From: Selaginella moellendorffii
Lineage: Eukaryota; Plantae; Lycopodiophyta
Assembly: GCF_000143415.4 (NCBI RefSeq)
Contig: NW_003314313.1
Coordinates: forward strand, 80,418 to 144,417
Direction of reading: 5' to 3'
Length of the DNA stretch: 64,000 nt
The notes beneath the pieces are model-generated. The model ran no database searches and was not told the origin of the DNA. It saw nothing but the letters and a program-made list of their open reading frames with translations. Below, one piece after another: positions 61,801 through 64,000 of the stretch (positions within the stretch are counted from its first letter, which is position 1; each line of letters starts with the position of its first letter). The position numbers and the translations under genes were made by a program.

Positions 61801-64000
61801 GATCTATTAATCACTTTGCTTGAAAATCATTTCATTTTTGTAAGCCAGTACAAACTAGTGAAAAGGTTGAAGTTGACTTTGGTTGGCTTAAACCTTAGTA
61901 GGTAATTTGTATAATGCAATCCAAAAGGGACGCTGACTTTTAGGGCTAAGGCAATTAAGTTGGATAAAGTCTAAGGTTGATGTAGATAAGTGGCTGTTGC
62001 ACTTTTCTAAAAAAGGTGACCCTTATGCCTTTCTTTTATAGCATTGTGCTTGGTGGCAGATTGCATCTTGCATTTCGTTAAACTTTATGAGAGTAGTGAC
62101 CTCTCATTGATCTTGACTTAGTCTTGGTGACTTGTGCATTGGTTGAGGATGGTGATGTCTAACTTAGTTGTTTGAGGTTGAGATGTTGGTATCTGTATTA
62201 TAGCTTTGTCTATGAGGAGGTTGTGTATTGATATGAGTCCATCTTATGGTCTTCACTTTAGTTTTGGCTAAATGTTGATCATACATAGCTAGCCTCTTCA
62301 AAGCATGCTCAGAGCTAGTGGCTAAATGTATTAGTGAGCTTATTACGGTTGAGTTAGATTTGAGTGGTCATCTAGTTTGTGCTTGTCAATGAACTTTTAT
62401 CTGGTACCTGGGGTATTATGTTCATGTTGGACAAGTATATAACTTGATGACAAGAGTTGGTGTTTGGGTCTTGTGAAGGCAAGTTGAGGAGTGATTGTTA
62501 GTTGCTTTGCGATTAGTGATTACTTGTAGACTTCATCAAGGACCGTTAACATTTGCTTTGCTCGATGATGATTTAGCAGTGATGGGCTTGCTTTACTGGA
62601 TTGGGTTGCGAAGGATCGTGTCGTTAGACATACATGGGTTTTCCATGTTGGCATGTCGATTCTACCTCTATCAATATCATTTGGTTGCATTTAGTCCGTA
62701 GTGTTGGATTTCATTGAGTCGTGAATATAGTGAATCACTCCTTAATGATGTGTTATCTAAAACTGAGTATTGCTGAAGGATTAATCTCAGATATTAACTA
62801 AGGTATCTTCAGCTTTGGTTAGCTTAGTTGCTAAAGAGTTTTGAGTGGTGATTCACTCTTGCTTTCTTTTAGCTTTGTTCTGGTATTGATAGCATTCAAG
62901 TGATGTCTCGTCATTGACATTATTAATGTTGAGATTTAAATGGGATGAAATGTCTCTCCTTAGGATTGATATTGAGTTTCATTAGTCTCGATGTAAATAG
63001 TGTTAATGATTTGGCTTTAGATTTATGTTGTTAGCATTCATGCATTTGCTAGTAAATAACTGTGTTGACGTTCAAATGAACTGAGTGGCAAGTTGAGTTA
63101 GTTGTGTTCTAGACAAGATTGCTTAGTTGAGGTTGAGCTTTAGCTTTTCCTTGAAAAGTGATTTAGTTGTGGACTATACTAGCTTTACAAGAGGAAGGAT
63201 TAATTTTCAATATTAGAATATTTAAGTCTTTATTGAATTTGAGTTCGGGATATATCGATCGTTGATGATTCTTCTTGTGCTTGTTATAAAGTAAGTTACG
63301 TTTAATTATAGATGGATTCATGGAGCATCCATTGTGCTTAGCTTTTGGGTTGATACAGATATACTCTTCATTAGCTTTGGCATTATAAAGTTTCACTTAT
63401 GGATGTGTTGAAGAGAGTATTGTGGGTTATACTATGATTTCTTCTTTAGCATTGAAATTAGTTTATGCGAAACTTGTGATCATTGTTAGGCAAAACTTAG
63501 CTATAGGCTTCTTTGAGTTTTATGTTCATTGTTTTATTTGTTCGGAGTTGTTCGGGGACGGCATTTTAGCTTATAGCTTCACTGTTGAAGTTAATATTTG
63601 CATCTAGAAATCAATGGTGATGATTGATTGTCATCTAGGATAATTGATTATCCTTATCAAAAGTTTTGCTTGATTGTTGTTGATATAGAATGATTCACTG
63701 TTCTTTAAGATGGTGGATTCTTTCTTCAACAATCATTATGCATCTCTTTTTTGATGAGATGATTGATAGTCTTTCATGATAGTTAGTTATTCTCTTTGAT
63801 AACTTCTGGCTTTTCGCAATCCCATATGTTTTTTGTGGTTTGCTCTAGATTGGTCTTTTGGGTTTAAGACATCAGTAGGATGTTGCTGACACTTGCTTAA
63901 GCAACTTGAGTTCCTTTATATTGTTGGCCGGGATCTATTCAGATTAGCTAGTGCAATGGTTGGCATGAATGCTATATTTGTTGGTTTTGCAACATTTATT
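58879..64000 (+). mobile_element. Second family C LARD-like element (5' LTR plus interior, runs off window)
   Basis: LTR 58879-60014, PBS TGGTATCAGAG at 60017; interior colinear with 22058-~26130. Confidence 0.92.

Overview
Eukaryotic (land-plant) nuclear DNA, not prokaryotic. The very short 47-67 nt introns, a GT61 gene and the TE set suggest a compact lycophyte genome such as Selaginella (inference). The left end holds two convergent intron-containing genes: an unannotated membrane-anchored protein with an HNH-like CxxC/DHxPP/CxxC domain (+), and a GT61 glycosyltransferase (-). Most of the rest is nested transposons: two 5S-bearing Cassandra TRIMs, a decayed MULE/SWIM transposase split by a decayed Tcn1-like chromovirus, two copies of a non-coding LARD-type LTR element (family C), a very young full-length chromovirus (family A, 28675-36206), and several solo LTRs of a related family (B), some nested inverted in each other. 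An orphan E/Q/K-rich gene and degenerate gene fragments lie at about 45-50.6 kb. Main finding: the young family A element has its integrase/chromodomain frame interrupted by two (possibly three) host-sized spliceosomal-type introns whose removal exactly restores conserved motifs (HPQT-DGQTER; KLTQR-FAGPY). It also has a densely hairpinned 3' UTR with two tRNA T-loop mimics, partly conserved in a non-coding relative. All calls were made by eye; no database searches were run.
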